A stretch of 64,000 bases of DNA from Eledone cirrhosa. Taxonomy: Eukaryota. The translations under genes and the position numbers were made by a program. Shown one piece after another: positions 50,801 to 64,000 of this stretch. How positions within the stretch are numbered: position 1 is the stretch's first letter; every line of letters begins with the position of its first letter. Under the pieces are notes generated by a model that made no database searches, was not told the DNA's origin, and worked only from the letters and a program-made list of their open reading frames with translations. The stretch covers positions 11,408,001-11,472,000 of the forward strand of contig OZ024745.1 of NCBI GenBank assembly GCA_964016885.1. The letters are read 5' to 3'.

Positions 50801-53800
50801 AATGGATGTGAGATAGAGAGAGTGAGGGAATGGATGTGAGATAAAGAAAGTTAGAGAATGGATGTGAGATAGAGAGAGTGAGAGAATGGATGTGAGATAG
50901 AGAGAGTGAGAGAATGGATGTAAGATAGAGAGAGTGAGAGAATGGATGTGAGATAGAGAGAGTGAGAGAATGGATGTGAGATAAAGAGAGTGACAGAATG
51001 GATGTGAGCTAGAGAGAGTGAGAGAATGGACGTGAGATAAAGTGAGTGAGAGAATGGATGTGAGATAGAGAGATTTAGAGAATGGATGTGACATAAAGAG
51101 AGTGAGAGAATGGATGTGAGATGGAGAGAGTGAGAGAATGGATGTGAGATAGAGAGAGTGAGAGAATGGATGTGAGATAGAGAGAGTGAGAGAATGGATG
51201 TGAGATAGAGAGAGTGAGAGAATGGATGTAAGATAAAGAGAGTGAGAGAATGGATGTGAGATAGAGAGAGTGAGAGAATGGATGTGAGATAGAGAGAGTG
51301 AGAGAATGGATGTGAGATAGAGAGAGTGAGAGAATGGATGTGAGATAGAGAGAGTGAGAGAATGGATGTGAGATAAAGTGAGTGAGAGAATGGATGTGAG
51401 ATAGAGAGAGTGAGAGAATGGATGTGAGATAGAGTGAGAGAATGGATATGAGATAGAGAGAGTGAGTGAATGGATGTGAGATAGAGAGAGTGAGAGAATG
51501 GATATGAGATAGAGAGAGTGAGTGAATGGATGTGAGATAGAGAGAGTGAGAGAATGGATGTGGGATAGAGAGAGTGAGAGAATGGATGTGAGATAGAGAG
51601 AGTCAGAGAATGGATGTGAGATAAAGAGAGTGAGAGAATGGATGTGAGATAAAGAGAGTGAGAGAATGGATAGATAAAGAGAGTGAGAGAACGGATGTGA
51701 GATAGAGAGAGTGAGAGAATGGATGTGAGATAAAGAGAGTGAGAGAATGGATGTGAGACAGAGAGAGTGAGAGAATGGATGTGAGATAGAGAGAGTGAGA
51801 GAATGGATGTGAGATAAAGAGAGTGAGAGAATGGATGTGAGATAGAGAGTGAGAGAATGGATGTGTGATAGAGAGAGTGAGAGAATGGATGTGAGATAGA
51901 GAGAGTGAGAGAATGTATGTGAGATAGAGAGAGTGAGAGAATGGATGTGAGATAGAGAGAGTGAGAGAATGGATGTGAGATAGAGAGAGTGAGAGAATGG
52001 ATGTGAGATAGAGAGAGTGAGAGAATGGATGTGAGATAGAGAGAGTGAGAGAATGGATGTGAGATAAAGAGAGTGAGAGAATGGATGTGAGATAAAGAGA
52101 GTGAGAGAATGGATGTGAGATAAAGAGAGTGAGAGAAGGGATGTGAGATAAAGAGAGTGAGAGAATGGATGTGAGATAGAGAGAGTGAGAGAATGGATGT
52201 GAGATAGAGAGTGAGAGAATGGATGTGAGATAAAGAGAGTGAGAGAATGGATGTGAGATAGAGAGTGTGAGCGAATGGATGTGAGATAGAGAGAGTGAGA
52301 GAATGGATGTGAGATAAAGATAGTGAGAGAATGGATGTGAGATAGAGAGAGTGAGAGAATGGATGTGAGATAGAGAGAGTGAGAGAATGTATGTGAGATA
52401 GAGAGAGTGAGAGAATGGATGTGAGATAGAGAGAGTGAGAGAATGGATGTCAGATAGACAGAGTGAGAAAATGGATGTGAGATAGAGAGAGTGAGAGAAT
52501 GGATGTGAGATAGAGAGAGTGAGAGAATGGATGTGAGATAGAGAGAGTGAGAGAATGGATGTGAGATAGAGAGAGTGAGAGAATGGATGTGAGATAGAGA
52601 GAGTGAGAGAATGGATGTGAGATAAAGAGAGTGAGAGAATGGATGTGAGATAAAGAGAGTGAGAGAATGGATGTGAGATAAAGAGAGTGAGAGAATGGAT
52701 GTGTGATAGAAAGAGTGAGAGAATGGATGTTAGATAGAGAGAGTGAGAGAATGGATGTGAGATAGAGAGAGTGAGAGAATGGATGTGAGATAGAGAGAGT
52801 GAGGGAATGGATGTGAGATAAAGAGAGTGAGAGAATGGACGTGAGATAGAGAGAGTGAGAGAATGGATGTGAGATAAAGAGAGTGAGAGAATGGATGTGA
52901 GATAAAGAGAGTGAGAGAATGGATGTGAGATAAAGAGAGTGAGAGAATGGATGTGAGATAGAGAGAGTGAGAGAATGGATGTGACATAGAGAGAGTGAGA
53001 GAATGGATGTGAGATAAAGAGAGTGGGAGAATGGATGTGAGATAGAGAGTGAGAGAATGGATGTGAGATAGAGAGAGTGAGAGAATGGATGTGAGATAGA
53101 GAGAGTGAGAGAATGGATGTGAGATTAAGAGAGTGAGAAAATGGATGTGAGATAGAGAGAGTGAGAGAATGGATGTGAGATAAGAGAGTGAGAGAATGGA
53201 TGTGAGATAGAGAGAGTGAGAGAATGGATGTGAGATAAGAGAGTGAGAGAATGGATGTGAGATAAAGAGAGTGAGAGAATGGATGTGAGATAAAGAGAGT
53301 GAGAGGATGGATGTGAGATAAAGAGAGTGAGAGAATGGATGTGAGATAGAGAGAGTGAGAGAATGGATGTGAGATAAAGAGAGTGAGAGATGAATGTGAG
53401 ATAAAGAGAGTGAGAGAATGGATGTGAGATAAAGAGAGTGAGAGAATGGATGTGAGATAGAGAGAGTGAGAGAATGGATGTGAGATAGAGAGAGTGAGAG
53501 AATGATGTGAGATAGAGAGAGTGAGCGAATGGTGTGAGATAGAGAGAGTGAGAGAATGGATGTGAGATAAAGAGAGTGAGAGAATTGGATGTGAGATAGA
53601 GAGAGTGAGAGAATGGATGTGAGATAAAGAGAGTGAGAGAATGAATGTGAGATAGAGAGTGAGAGAATGGATGTGAGATAGAGAGAGTGAGAGAATGGAT
53701 GTGAGATAGAGAGACTGAAAGGAATGGATGTGAGATAAAGAGAGTGAGAGAATGGATAGTGAGATAAAGAGAGTGAGAGATGGATGTGAGATAGAGAGAG

Positions 53801-56800
53801 TGAGAGAATGAATGTGAGATAGAGAGTGAGAGAATGGTGTGAGATAAGAGAGTGAGAGAATGGATGTGAGATAGAGAGAGTGAGAGAATGGATGTGAGAT
53901 AAAGAGAGTGAGAGAATGGATGTGAGATAGAGAGTGAGAGAATGGATGTGAGATAGAGAGAGAGTGATGGATGTGTGATAGAGAGAGTGAGAGAATGATG
54001 TGAGATAGAGAGAGTGAGAGAATGGATGTGAGATAGAGAGAGTGAGAGAATGGATGTGAGATAGAGAGAGTCAGAGAATGGATGTGAGATAGAGAGAGTG
54101 AGAGAATGGATGTGAGATAGAGAGAGTCAGAGAATGGATGTGAGATAAAGAGAGTGAGAGAATGGATGTGAGATAAAGAGAGTGAGAGAATGGATGTGAG
54201 ATAAAGAGAGTGAGAGAATGGATGTGAGATAAAGAGAGTGAGAGAATGGATGTGAGATAGAGAGAGTGAGACAATGGATGTGAGATAGAGAGTGAGAGAA
54301 TGGATGTGAGATAAAGAGAGTGAGAGAATGGATGTGAGATAGAGAGAGTGAGCGAATGGATGTGAGATAGAGAGAGTGAGAGAATGGATGTGAGATAAAG
54401 ATAGTGAGAGAATGGATGTGAGATAGAGAGAGTGAGAGAATGGATGTGAGATAGAGAGAGTGAGAGAATGTATGTGAGATAGAGAGAGTGAGAGAATGGA
54501 TGTGAGATAGAGAGAGTGAGGGAATGGATGTGAGATAGACAGAGTGAGAGAATGGATGTGAGATAGAGAGAGTGAGAGAATGGATGTGAGATAGAGAGAG
54601 TGAGAGAATGGATGTGAGATAGAGAGAGTCAGAGAATGGATGTGAGATAAAGAGAGTGAGAGAATGGATGTGAGATAAAGAGAGTGAGAGAATGGATGTG
54701 AGATAAAGAGAGTGAGAGAACGGATGTGAGATAGAGAGAGTGAGAGAATGGATGTGAGATAAAGAGAGTGAGAGAATGGATGTGAGATAGAGAGAGTGAG
54801 AGAATGGATGTGAGATAGAGAGAGTGAGAGAATGGATGTGAGATAGAGAGAGTTAGGGAATGGATGTGAGATAAAGAAAGTGAGAGAATGGATGTGAGAT
54901 AGAGAGATTTAGAGAATGGATGTGAGATAAAGAGAGTGAGAGAATGGATGTGAGATAGAGAGAGTGAGAGAATGGATGTGAGATAGAGAGAGTGAGAGAA
55001 TGGATGTGAGATAGAGAGAGTGAGAGAATGGATGTGAGATAGAGAACGTGAGAGAATGGATGTGAGATAAAGAGAGTGAGAGAATGGATGTGAGATAGAG
55101 AGAGTGAGAGAATGGATGTGAGATAGAGAGAGTGAGAGAATGGATGTGAGATAGAGAGAGTGAGAGAATGTATGTGAGATAGAGAGAGTGAGAGAATGGA
55201 TGTGAGATAAAGTGAGTGAGAGAATGGATGTGAGATAGAGAGAGTGAGAGAATGGATGTGAGATAAAGAGAGTGAGAGAATGGATATGAGATAGAGAGAG
55301 TGAGTGAATGGATGTGAGATAGAGAGAGTGAGAGAATGGATATGAGATAGAGAGAGTGAGTGAATGGATGTGAGATAGAGAGAGTGAGAGAATGGATGTG
55401 GGATAGAGAGAGTGAGAGAATGGATGTGAGATAGAGAGAGTCAGAGAATGGATGTGAGATAAAGAGAGTGAGAGAATGGATGTGAGATAGAGAGAGTGAG
55501 AGAATGGATGTGAGATAAAGAGAGTGAGAGAATGGATATGAGATAGAGAGAGTGAGTGAATGGATGTGAGATAGAGAGAGTGAGTGAATGGATGTGAGAT
55601 AGAGAGAGTGAGAGAATGGATGTGGGATAGAGAGAGTGAGAGAATGGATGTGAGATAGAGAGAGTCAGAGAATGGATGTGAGATAAAGAGAGTGAGAGAA
55701 TGGAAGTGAGATAGAGAGAGTGAGAGAATGGATGTGAGATAAAGAGAGTGAGAGAATGGATATGAGATAGAGAGAGTGAGTGAATGGATGTGAGATAGAG
55801 AGAGTGAGAGAATGGATATGAGATAGAGAGAGTGAGTGAATGGATGTGAGATAGAGAGAGTGAGAGAATGGATGTGAGATAGAGAGAGTGAGAGAATGGA
55901 TGTGAGATAAAGAGAGTGAGAGAATGGATGTGAGATAAAGAGAGTGAGAGAATGGATGTGAGATAAAGAGAGTGAGAGAATGGATGTGTGATAGAGAGAG
56001 TGAGAGAATGGATGTTAGATAGAGAGAGTGAGAGAATGGATGTGAGATAGAGAGAGTGAGAGAATGGATGTGAGATAGAGAGAGTGAGGGAATGGATGTG
56101 AGATAAAGAGAGTGAGAGAATGGACGTGAGATAGAGAGAGTGAGAGAATGGATGTGAGATAAAGAGAGTGAGAGAATGGATGTGAGATAAAGAGAGTGAG
56201 AGAATGGATGTGAGATAAAGAGAGTGAGAGAATGGATGTGAGATAGAGAGAGTGAGAGAATGGATGTGACATAGAGAGAGTGAGAGAATGGATGTGAGAT
56301 AAAGAGAGTGGGAGAATGGATGTGAGATAGAGAGTGAGAGAATGGATGTGAGATAGAGAGAGTGAGAGAATGGATGTGAGATAGAGAGAGTGAGAGAATG
56401 GATGTGAGATTAAGAGAGTGAGAAAATGGATGTGAGATAGAGAGAGTGAGAGAATGGATGTGAGATAAAGAGAGTGAGAGAATGGATGTGAGATAGAGAG
56501 AGTGAGAGAATGGATGTGAGATAAAGAGAGTGAGAGAATGGATGTGAGATAAAGAGAGTGAGAGAATGGATGTGAGATAAAGAGAGTGAGAGGATGGATG
56601 TGAGATAAGAGAGTGAGAGAATGGATGTGAGATAGAGAGAGTGAGAGAATGGATGTGAGATAAAGAGAGTGAGAGAATGAATGTGAGATAAAGAGAGTGA
56701 GAGAATGGATGTGAGATAAAGAGAGTGAGAGAATGGATGTGAGATAGAGAGAGTGAGAGAATGGATGTGAGATAGAGAGAGTGAGAGAATGGATGTGAGA

Positions 56801-59800
56801 TAGAGAGAGTGAGCGAATGGGTGTGAGATAGAGAGAGTGAGAGAATGGATGTGAGATAAAGAGAGTGAGAGAATGGATGTGAGATAGAGAGAGTGAGAGA
56901 ATGGATGTGAGATAAAGAGAGTGAGAGAATGAATGTGAGATAGAGAGTGAGAGAATGGATGTGAGATAGAGAGAGTGAGAGAATGGATGTGAGATAGAGA
57001 GACTGAAAGAATGGATGTGAGATAAAGAGAGTGAGAGAATGGATGTGAGATAAAGAGAGTGAGAGAATGGATGTGAGATAGAGAGAGTGAGAGAATGAAT
57101 GTGAGATAGAGAGTGAGAGAATGGGTGTGAGATAAAGAGAGTGAGAGAATGGATGTGAGATAGAGAGAGTGAGAGAATGGATGTGAGATAGAGAGAGTGA
57201 GAGAATGGATGTGAGATAGAGAGAGTGAGAGAATGGATGTGAGATAGAGAGAGTGAGAGAATGGATGTGAGATAGAGAACGTGAGAGAATGGATGTGAGA
57301 TAGAGAGAGTGAGTGAATGGATGTGAGATAGAGAGAGTGAGAGAATGGATGTGGGATAGAGAGAGTGAGAGAATGGATGTGAGATAGAGAGAGTCAGAGA
57401 ATGGATGTGAGATAAAGAGAGTGAGAGAATGGATGTGAGATAGAGAGAGTGAGAGAATGGATGTGAGATAAAGAGAGTGAGAGAATGGATATGAGATAGA
57501 GAGAGTGAGTGAATGGATGTGAGATAGAGAGAGTGAGTGAATGGATGTGAGATAGAGAGAGTGAGAGAATGGATGTGGGATAGAGAGAGTGAGAGAATGG
57601 ATGTGAGATAGAGAGAGTCAGAGAATGGATGTGAGATAAAGAGAGTGAGAGAATGGAAGTGAGATAGAGAGAGTGAGAGAATGGATGTGAGATAAAGAGA
57701 GTGAGAGAATGGATATGAGATAGAGAGAGTGAGTGAATGGATGTGAGATAGAGAGAGTGAGAGAATGGATATGAGATAGAGAGAGTGAGTGAATGGATAT
57801 GAGATAGAGAGAGTGAGAGAATGGATGTGAGATAGAGAGAGTGAGAGAATGGATGTGAGATAAAGAGAGTGAGAGAATGGATGTGAGATAAAGAGAGTGA
57901 GAGAATGGATGTGAGATAAAGAGAGTGAGAGAATGGATGTGTGATAGAGAGAGTGAGAGAATGGATGTTAGATAGAGAGAGTGAGAGAATGGATGTGAGA
58001 TAGAGAGAGTGAGAGAATGGATGTGAGATAGAGAGAGTGAGGGAATGGATGTGAGATAAAGAGAGTGAGAGAATGGACGTGAGATAGAGAGAGTGAGAGA
58101 ATGGATGTGAGATAAAGAGAGTGAGAGAATGGATGTGAGATAAAGAGAGTGAGAGAATGGATGTGAGATAAAGAGAGTGAGAGAATGGATGTGAGATAGA
58201 GAGAGTGAGAGAATGGATGTGACATAGAGAGAGTGAGAGAATGGATGTGAGATAAAGAGAGTGGGAGAATGGATGTGAGATAGAGAGTGAGAGAATGGAT
58301 GTGAGATAGAGAGAGTGAGAGAATGGATGTGAGATAGAGAGAGTGAGAGAATGGATGTGAGATTAAGAGAGTGAGAAAATGGATGTGAGATAGAGAGAGT
58401 GAGAGAATGGATGTGAGATAAAGAGAGTGAGAGAATGGATGTGAGATAGAGAGAGTGAGAGAATGGATGTGAGATAAAGAGAGTGAGAGAATGGATGTGA
58501 GATAAAGAGAGTGAGAGAATGGATGTGAGATAAATAGAGTGAGAGGATGGATGTGAGATAAAGAGAGTGAGAGAATGGATGTGAGATAGAGAGAGTGAGA
58601 GAATGGATGTGAGATAAAGAGAGTGAGAGAATGAATGTGAGATAAAGAGAGTGAGAGAATGGATGTGAGATAAAGAGAGTGAGAGAATGGATGTGAGATA
58701 GAGAGAGTGAGAGAATGGATGTGAGATAGAGAGAGTGAGAGAATGGATGTGAGATAGAGAGAGTGAGCGAATGGGTGTGAGATAGAGAGAGTGAGAGAAT
58801 GGATGTGAGATAAAGAGAGTGAGAGAATGGATGTGAGATAGAGAGAGTGAGAGAATGGATGTGAGATAAAGAGAGTGAGAGAATGAATGTGAGATAGAGA
58901 GTGAGAGAATGGATGTGAGATAGAGAGAGTGAGAGAATGGATGTGAGATAGAGAGACTGAAAGAATGGATGTGAGATAAAGAGAGTGAGAGAATGGATGT
59001 GAGATAAAGAGAGTGAGAGAATGGATGTGAGATAGAGAGAGTGAGAGAATGAATGTGAGATAGAGAGTGAGAGAATGGGTGTGAGATAAAGAGAGTGAGA
59101 GAATGGATGTGAGATAGAGAGAGTGAGAGAATGGATGTGAGATAAAGAGAGTGAGAGAATGGATGTGAGATAGAGAGTGAGAGAATGGATGTGAGATAGA
59201 GAGAGAGAGAATGGATGTGTGATAGAGAGAGTGAGAGAATGGATGTGAGATAGAGAGAGTGAGAGAATGTATGTGAGATAGAGAGAGTGAGAGAATGGAT
59301 GTGAGATAGAGAGAGTCAGAGAATGGATGTGAGATAGAGAGAGTGAGAGAATGGATGTGAGATAGAGAGAGTCAGAGAATGGATGTGAGATAAAGAGAGT
59401 GAGAGAATGGATGTGAGATAAAGAGAGTGAGAGAATGGATGTGAGATAAAGAGAGTGAGAGAATGGATGTGAGATAAAGAGAGTGAGAGAATGGATGTGA
59501 GATAGAGAGAGTGAGAGAATGGATGTGAGATAGAGAGTGAGAGAATGGATGTGAGATAAAGAGAGTGAGAGAATGGATGTGAGATAGAGAGAGTGAGCGA
59601 ATGGATGTGAGATAGAGAGAGTGAGAGAATGGATGTGAGATAAAGATAGTGAGAGAATGGATGTGAGATAGAGAGAGTGAGAGAATGGATGTGAGATAGA
59701 GAGAGTGAGAGAATGTATGTGAGATAGAGAGAGTGAGAGAATGGATGTGAGATAGAGAGAGTGAGGGAATGGATGTGAGATAGACAGAGTGAGAGAATGG

Positions 59801-62800
59801 ATGTGAGATAGAGAGAGTGAGAGAATGGATGTGAGATAGAGAGAGTGAGAGAATGGATGTGAGATAGAGAGAGTCAGAGAATGGATGTGAGATAAAGAGA
59901 GTGAGAGAATGGATGTGAGATAAAGAGAGTGAGAGAATGGATGTGAGATAAAGAGAGTGAGAGAACGGATGTGAGATAGAGAGAGTGAGAGAATGGATGT
60001 GAGATAAAGAGAGTGAGAGAATGGATGTGAGATAGAGAGAGTGAGAGAATGGATGTGAGATAGAGAGAGTGAGAGAATGGATGTGAGATAGAGAGAGTTA
60101 GGGAATGGATGTGAGATAAAGAAAGTGAGAGAATGGATGTGAGATAGAGAGATTTAGAGAATGGATGTGAGATAAAGAGAGTGAGAGAATGGATGTGAGA
60201 TAGAGAGAGTGAGAGAATGGATGTGAGATAGAGAGAGTGAGAGAATGGATGTGAGATAGAGAGAGTGAGAGAATGGATGTGAGATAGAGAACGTGAGAGA
60301 ATGGATGTGAGATAAGAGAGTGAGAGAATGGATGTGAGATAGAGAGAGTGAGAGAATGGATGTGAGATAGAGAGAGTGAGAGAATGGATGTGAGATAGAG
60401 AGAGTGAGAGAATGTATGTGAGATAGAGAGAGTGAGAGAATGGATGTGAGATAAAGTGAGTGAGAGAATGGATGTGAGATAGAGAGAGTGAGAGAATGGA
60501 TGTGAGATAAAGAGAGTGAGAGAATGGATATGAGATAGAGAGAGTGAGTGAATGGATGTGAGATAGAGAGAGTGAGAGAATGGATATGAGATAGAGAGAG
60601 TGAGTGAATGGATGTGAGATAGAGAGAGTGAGAGAATGGATGTGGGATAGAGAGAGTGAGAGAATGGATGTGAGATAGAGAGAGTCAGAGAATGGATGTG
60701 AGATTAGAGAGTGAGAGAATGGATGTGAGATAGAGAGAGTGAGATATGGATGTGAGATTAAAGAGAGTGAGAGAATGGATATGAGATAGAGAGATGAGTG
60801 AGATGTGAGAATGGATGTGAGATAGAGAGAGTGAGAGAATGGATGTGGGATAGAGAGAGTGAGAGAATGGATGTGAGATAGAGAGAGTCAGAGAATGGAT
60901 GTGAGATAAAGAGAGTGAGAGAATGGAAGTGAGATAGAGAGAGTGAGAGAATGGATGTGAGATAAAGAGAGTGAGAGAATGGATATGAGATAGAGAGAGT
61001 GAGTGAATGGATGTGAGATAGAGAGAGTGAGAGAATGGATATGAGATAGAGAGAGTGAGTGAATGGATGTGAGATAGAGAGAGTGAGAGAATGGATGTGG
61101 GATAGAGAGAGTGAGAGAATGGATGTGAGATAGAGAGAGTCAGAGAATGGATGTGAGATAAAGAGAGTGAGAGAATGGATGTGAGATAGAGAGAGTGAGA
61201 GAATGGATGTGAGATAAAGAGAGTGAGAGAATGGATGTGAGACAGAGAGAGTGAGAGAATGGATGTGAGATAGAGAGAGTGAGAGAATGGATGTGAGATA
61301 AAGAGAGTGAGAGAATGGATGTGAGATAGAGAGGGAGAGATGATGTGGTGGAGGGAGAATGGATGTGAGATAGAGAGTGAGAGAATGGATGTGAGATAGA
61401 GAGAGTGAGAGAATGTATGTGAGATAGAGAGAGTGAGAGAATGGATGTGAGATAGAGAGAGTGAGAGAATGGATGTGAGATAGAGAGAGTGAGAGAATGG
61501 ATGTGAGATAGAGAGAGTGAGAGAATGGATGTGAGATAGAGAGAGTGAGAGAATGGATGTGAGATAAAGAGAGTGAGAGAATGGATGTGAGATAGAGAGA
61601 GTGAGCGAATGGATGTGAGATAAAGTGAGTGAGAGAATGGATGTGAGATAAAGAGAGTGAGAGATGGGATGTGAGATAAAGAGAGTGAGAGAATGGATGT
61701 GAGATAGAGAGAGTGAGAGAATGGATGTGAGATAGAGAGAGTGAGAGAATGGATGTGAGATAAAGTGAGTGAGAGAATGGATGTGAGATAAAGAGAGTGA
61801 GAGAATGGATGTGAGATAGAGAGAGTGAGAGAATGGATGTGAGATAAAGTGAGTGAGAGAATGGATGTGAGATAAAGAGAGTGAGAGAATGGATGTGAGA
61901 TAGAGAGAGTGAGCGAATGGATGTGAGATAGAGAGAGTGAGAGAATGGATGTGAGATAAAGATAGTGAGAGAATGGATGTGAGATAGAGAGAGTGAGAGA
62001 ATGGATGTGAGATAAAGAGAGTGAGAGAATGGATGTGAGATAGAGAGAGTGACGAATGGATGTGAGATAGAGAGAGTGAGAGAATGGATGTGAGATAAAG
62101 ATAGTGAGAGAATGGATGTGAGATAGAGAGAGTGAGAGAATGGATGTGAGATAGAGAGAGTGAGAGAATGTATGTGAGATAGAGAGAGTGAGAGAATGGA
62201 TGTGAGATAGAGAGAGTGAGAGAATGGATGTGAGATAGACAGAGTGAGAAAATGGATGTGAGATAGAGAGAGTGAGAGAATGGATGTGAGATAGAGAGAG
62301 TGAGAGAATGGATGTGAGATAAAGAGAGTGAGAGAATGGATGTGAGATAGAGAGAGTGAGAGAATGGATGTGAGATAGAGAGAGTCAGAGAATGGATGTG
62401 AGATAAAGAGAGTGAGAGAATGGATGTGAGATAAAGAGAGTGAGAGAATGGATGTGAGATAAAGAGAGTGAGAGAACGGATGTGAGATAGAGAGAGTGAG
62501 AGAATGGATGTGAGATAAAGAGAGTGAGAGAATGGATGTGAGATAGAGAGAGTGAGAGAATGGATGTGAGATAGAGAGTGTGAAGAATGGATGTGAGATA
62601 GAGAGAGTGAGAGAATGGATGTGAGATAGAGAGAGTGAGGGAATGGATGTGAGATAAAGAGAGTGAGGAATGGATGTGAGATAGAGAGAGGAGAATGGAT
62701 GTGAGATAAAGAGAGTGAGAGAATGGATGTGAGATAAAGAGAGTGAGAGAATGGATGTGAGATAAAGAGAGTGAGAGAATGGATGTGAGATAGAGAGAGT

Positions 62801-64000
62801 GAGAGAATGGATGTGACATAGAGAGAGTGAGAGAATGGATGTGAGATAGAGAGAGTGAGAGAATGGATGTGAGATTAAGAGAGTGAGAAAATGGATGTGA
62901 GATAGAGAGAGTGAGAGAATGGATGTGAGATAAAGAGAGTGAGAGAATGGATGTGAGATAGAGAGAGTGAGAGAATGGATGTGAGATAGAGAGAGTGAGA
63001 GAATGAATGTGAGATAGAGAGTGAGAGAATGGGTGTGAGATAAAGAGAGTGAGAGAATGGATGTGAGATAGAGAGAGTGAGAGAATGGATGTGAGATAAA
63101 GAGAGTGAGAGAATGGATGTGAGATAAAGAGAGTGAGAGAATGGATGTGAGATAAAGAGAGTGAGAGAATGCATGTGAGATAAAGAGAGTGAGAGAATGG
63201 ATGTGAGATAGAGAGAGTGAGCGAATGGATGTGAGATAGAGAGTGAGAGAATGGATGTGAGATAAAGAGAGTGAGAGAATGGATGTGAGATAGAGAGAGT
63301 GAGAGAATGGATGTGAGATAAAGAGAGTGAGAGAATGGATGTGAGATAGAGAGAGTGAGAGAATGGATGTGAGATAGAGTGAGTGAGAGAATGCATGTGA
63401 GATAGAGAGAGTGAGCGAATGGGTGTGAGATAGAGAGAGTGAGAGAATGGATGTGAGATAAAGAGAGTGAGAGAATGGATGTGAGATAGAGAGAGTGAGA
63501 GAATGGATGTGAGATAAAGAGAGTGAGAGAATGAATGTGAGATAGAGAGTGAGAGAATGGATGTGAGATAGGGAGAGTGAGAGAATGGATGTGAGATAGA
63601 GAGACTGAGAGAATGGATGTGAGATAAGAGAGTGAGAGAATGGATGTGAGATAAAGAGAGTGAGAGAATGGATGTGAGATAGAGAGAGTGAGAGAATGAT
63701 GTGAGATAGAGAGTGAGAGAATGGGTGTGAGATAAAGAGAGTGAGAGAATGGATGTGAGATAGAGAGAGTGAGAGAATGGATGTGAGATAAAGAGAGTGA
63801 GAGAATGGATGTGAGATAGAGAGTGAGAGAATGGATGTGAGATAGAGAGAGTGAGAGAATGGATGTGAGATAGAGAGAGTGAGAGAATGGATGTGAGATA
63901 AAGAGAGTGAGAGAATGGATGTGAGATAGAGAGAGTGAGAGAATGGATGTGAGATAGAGAGAGTGAGAGAATGGATGTGAGATAGAGAGAGTGAGAGAAT
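38801..64000. repeat. 28-bp tandem satellite, consensus AGAGAGTGAGAGAATGGATGTGAGATA(G/A), about 900 units, running off the window
   Basis: Period 28 (38801 to 38829) over 25.2 kb, single orientation, no insertions seen. Confidence 0.99.

Noticed and set aside
49679-63396. Ser/Leu/His-rich ORFs of up to 471 aa
   Set aside because: Stop-poor strand of the 28-bp satellite; no evidence of coding.

Overview
Gene-free, AT- and microsatellite-rich eukaryotic DNA; the repeat content suggests a mollusc, probably an octopod cephalopod (inference). Bases 1-38.6 kb are a nest of retroelements inserted in microsatellites. These include three decayed Penelope-like elements (PLEs: two with a CxC-x5-C linker, one Neptune-like with pseudo-LTRs), two near-identical full-length Dong/R4-clade non-LTR elements in tandem inside (TAA)n (one with an intact 1130-aa ORF), 5'-truncated Tx1/L1-like 3' ends, tRNA-derived SINEs and a decayed hAT transposase. 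From 38.8 kb to the window end lies an uninterrupted 28-bp purine-rich satellite (about 900 units) with kb-scale internal duplications. The most notable hidden feature, found by manual reading, is about 14 type I hammerhead ribozyme (HHR) motifs at about 12 loci. Some lie at PLE 3' ends, but many lie in short ORF-less, (TA)n-flanked, often fold-back elements, and several carry non-canonical catalytic cores (U4C, U4A, U4C+A6U, G12A). No host protein-coding gene is supported; most short ORFs are microsatellite or antisense artefacts. All RNA folds were paired by eye and none has been tested.
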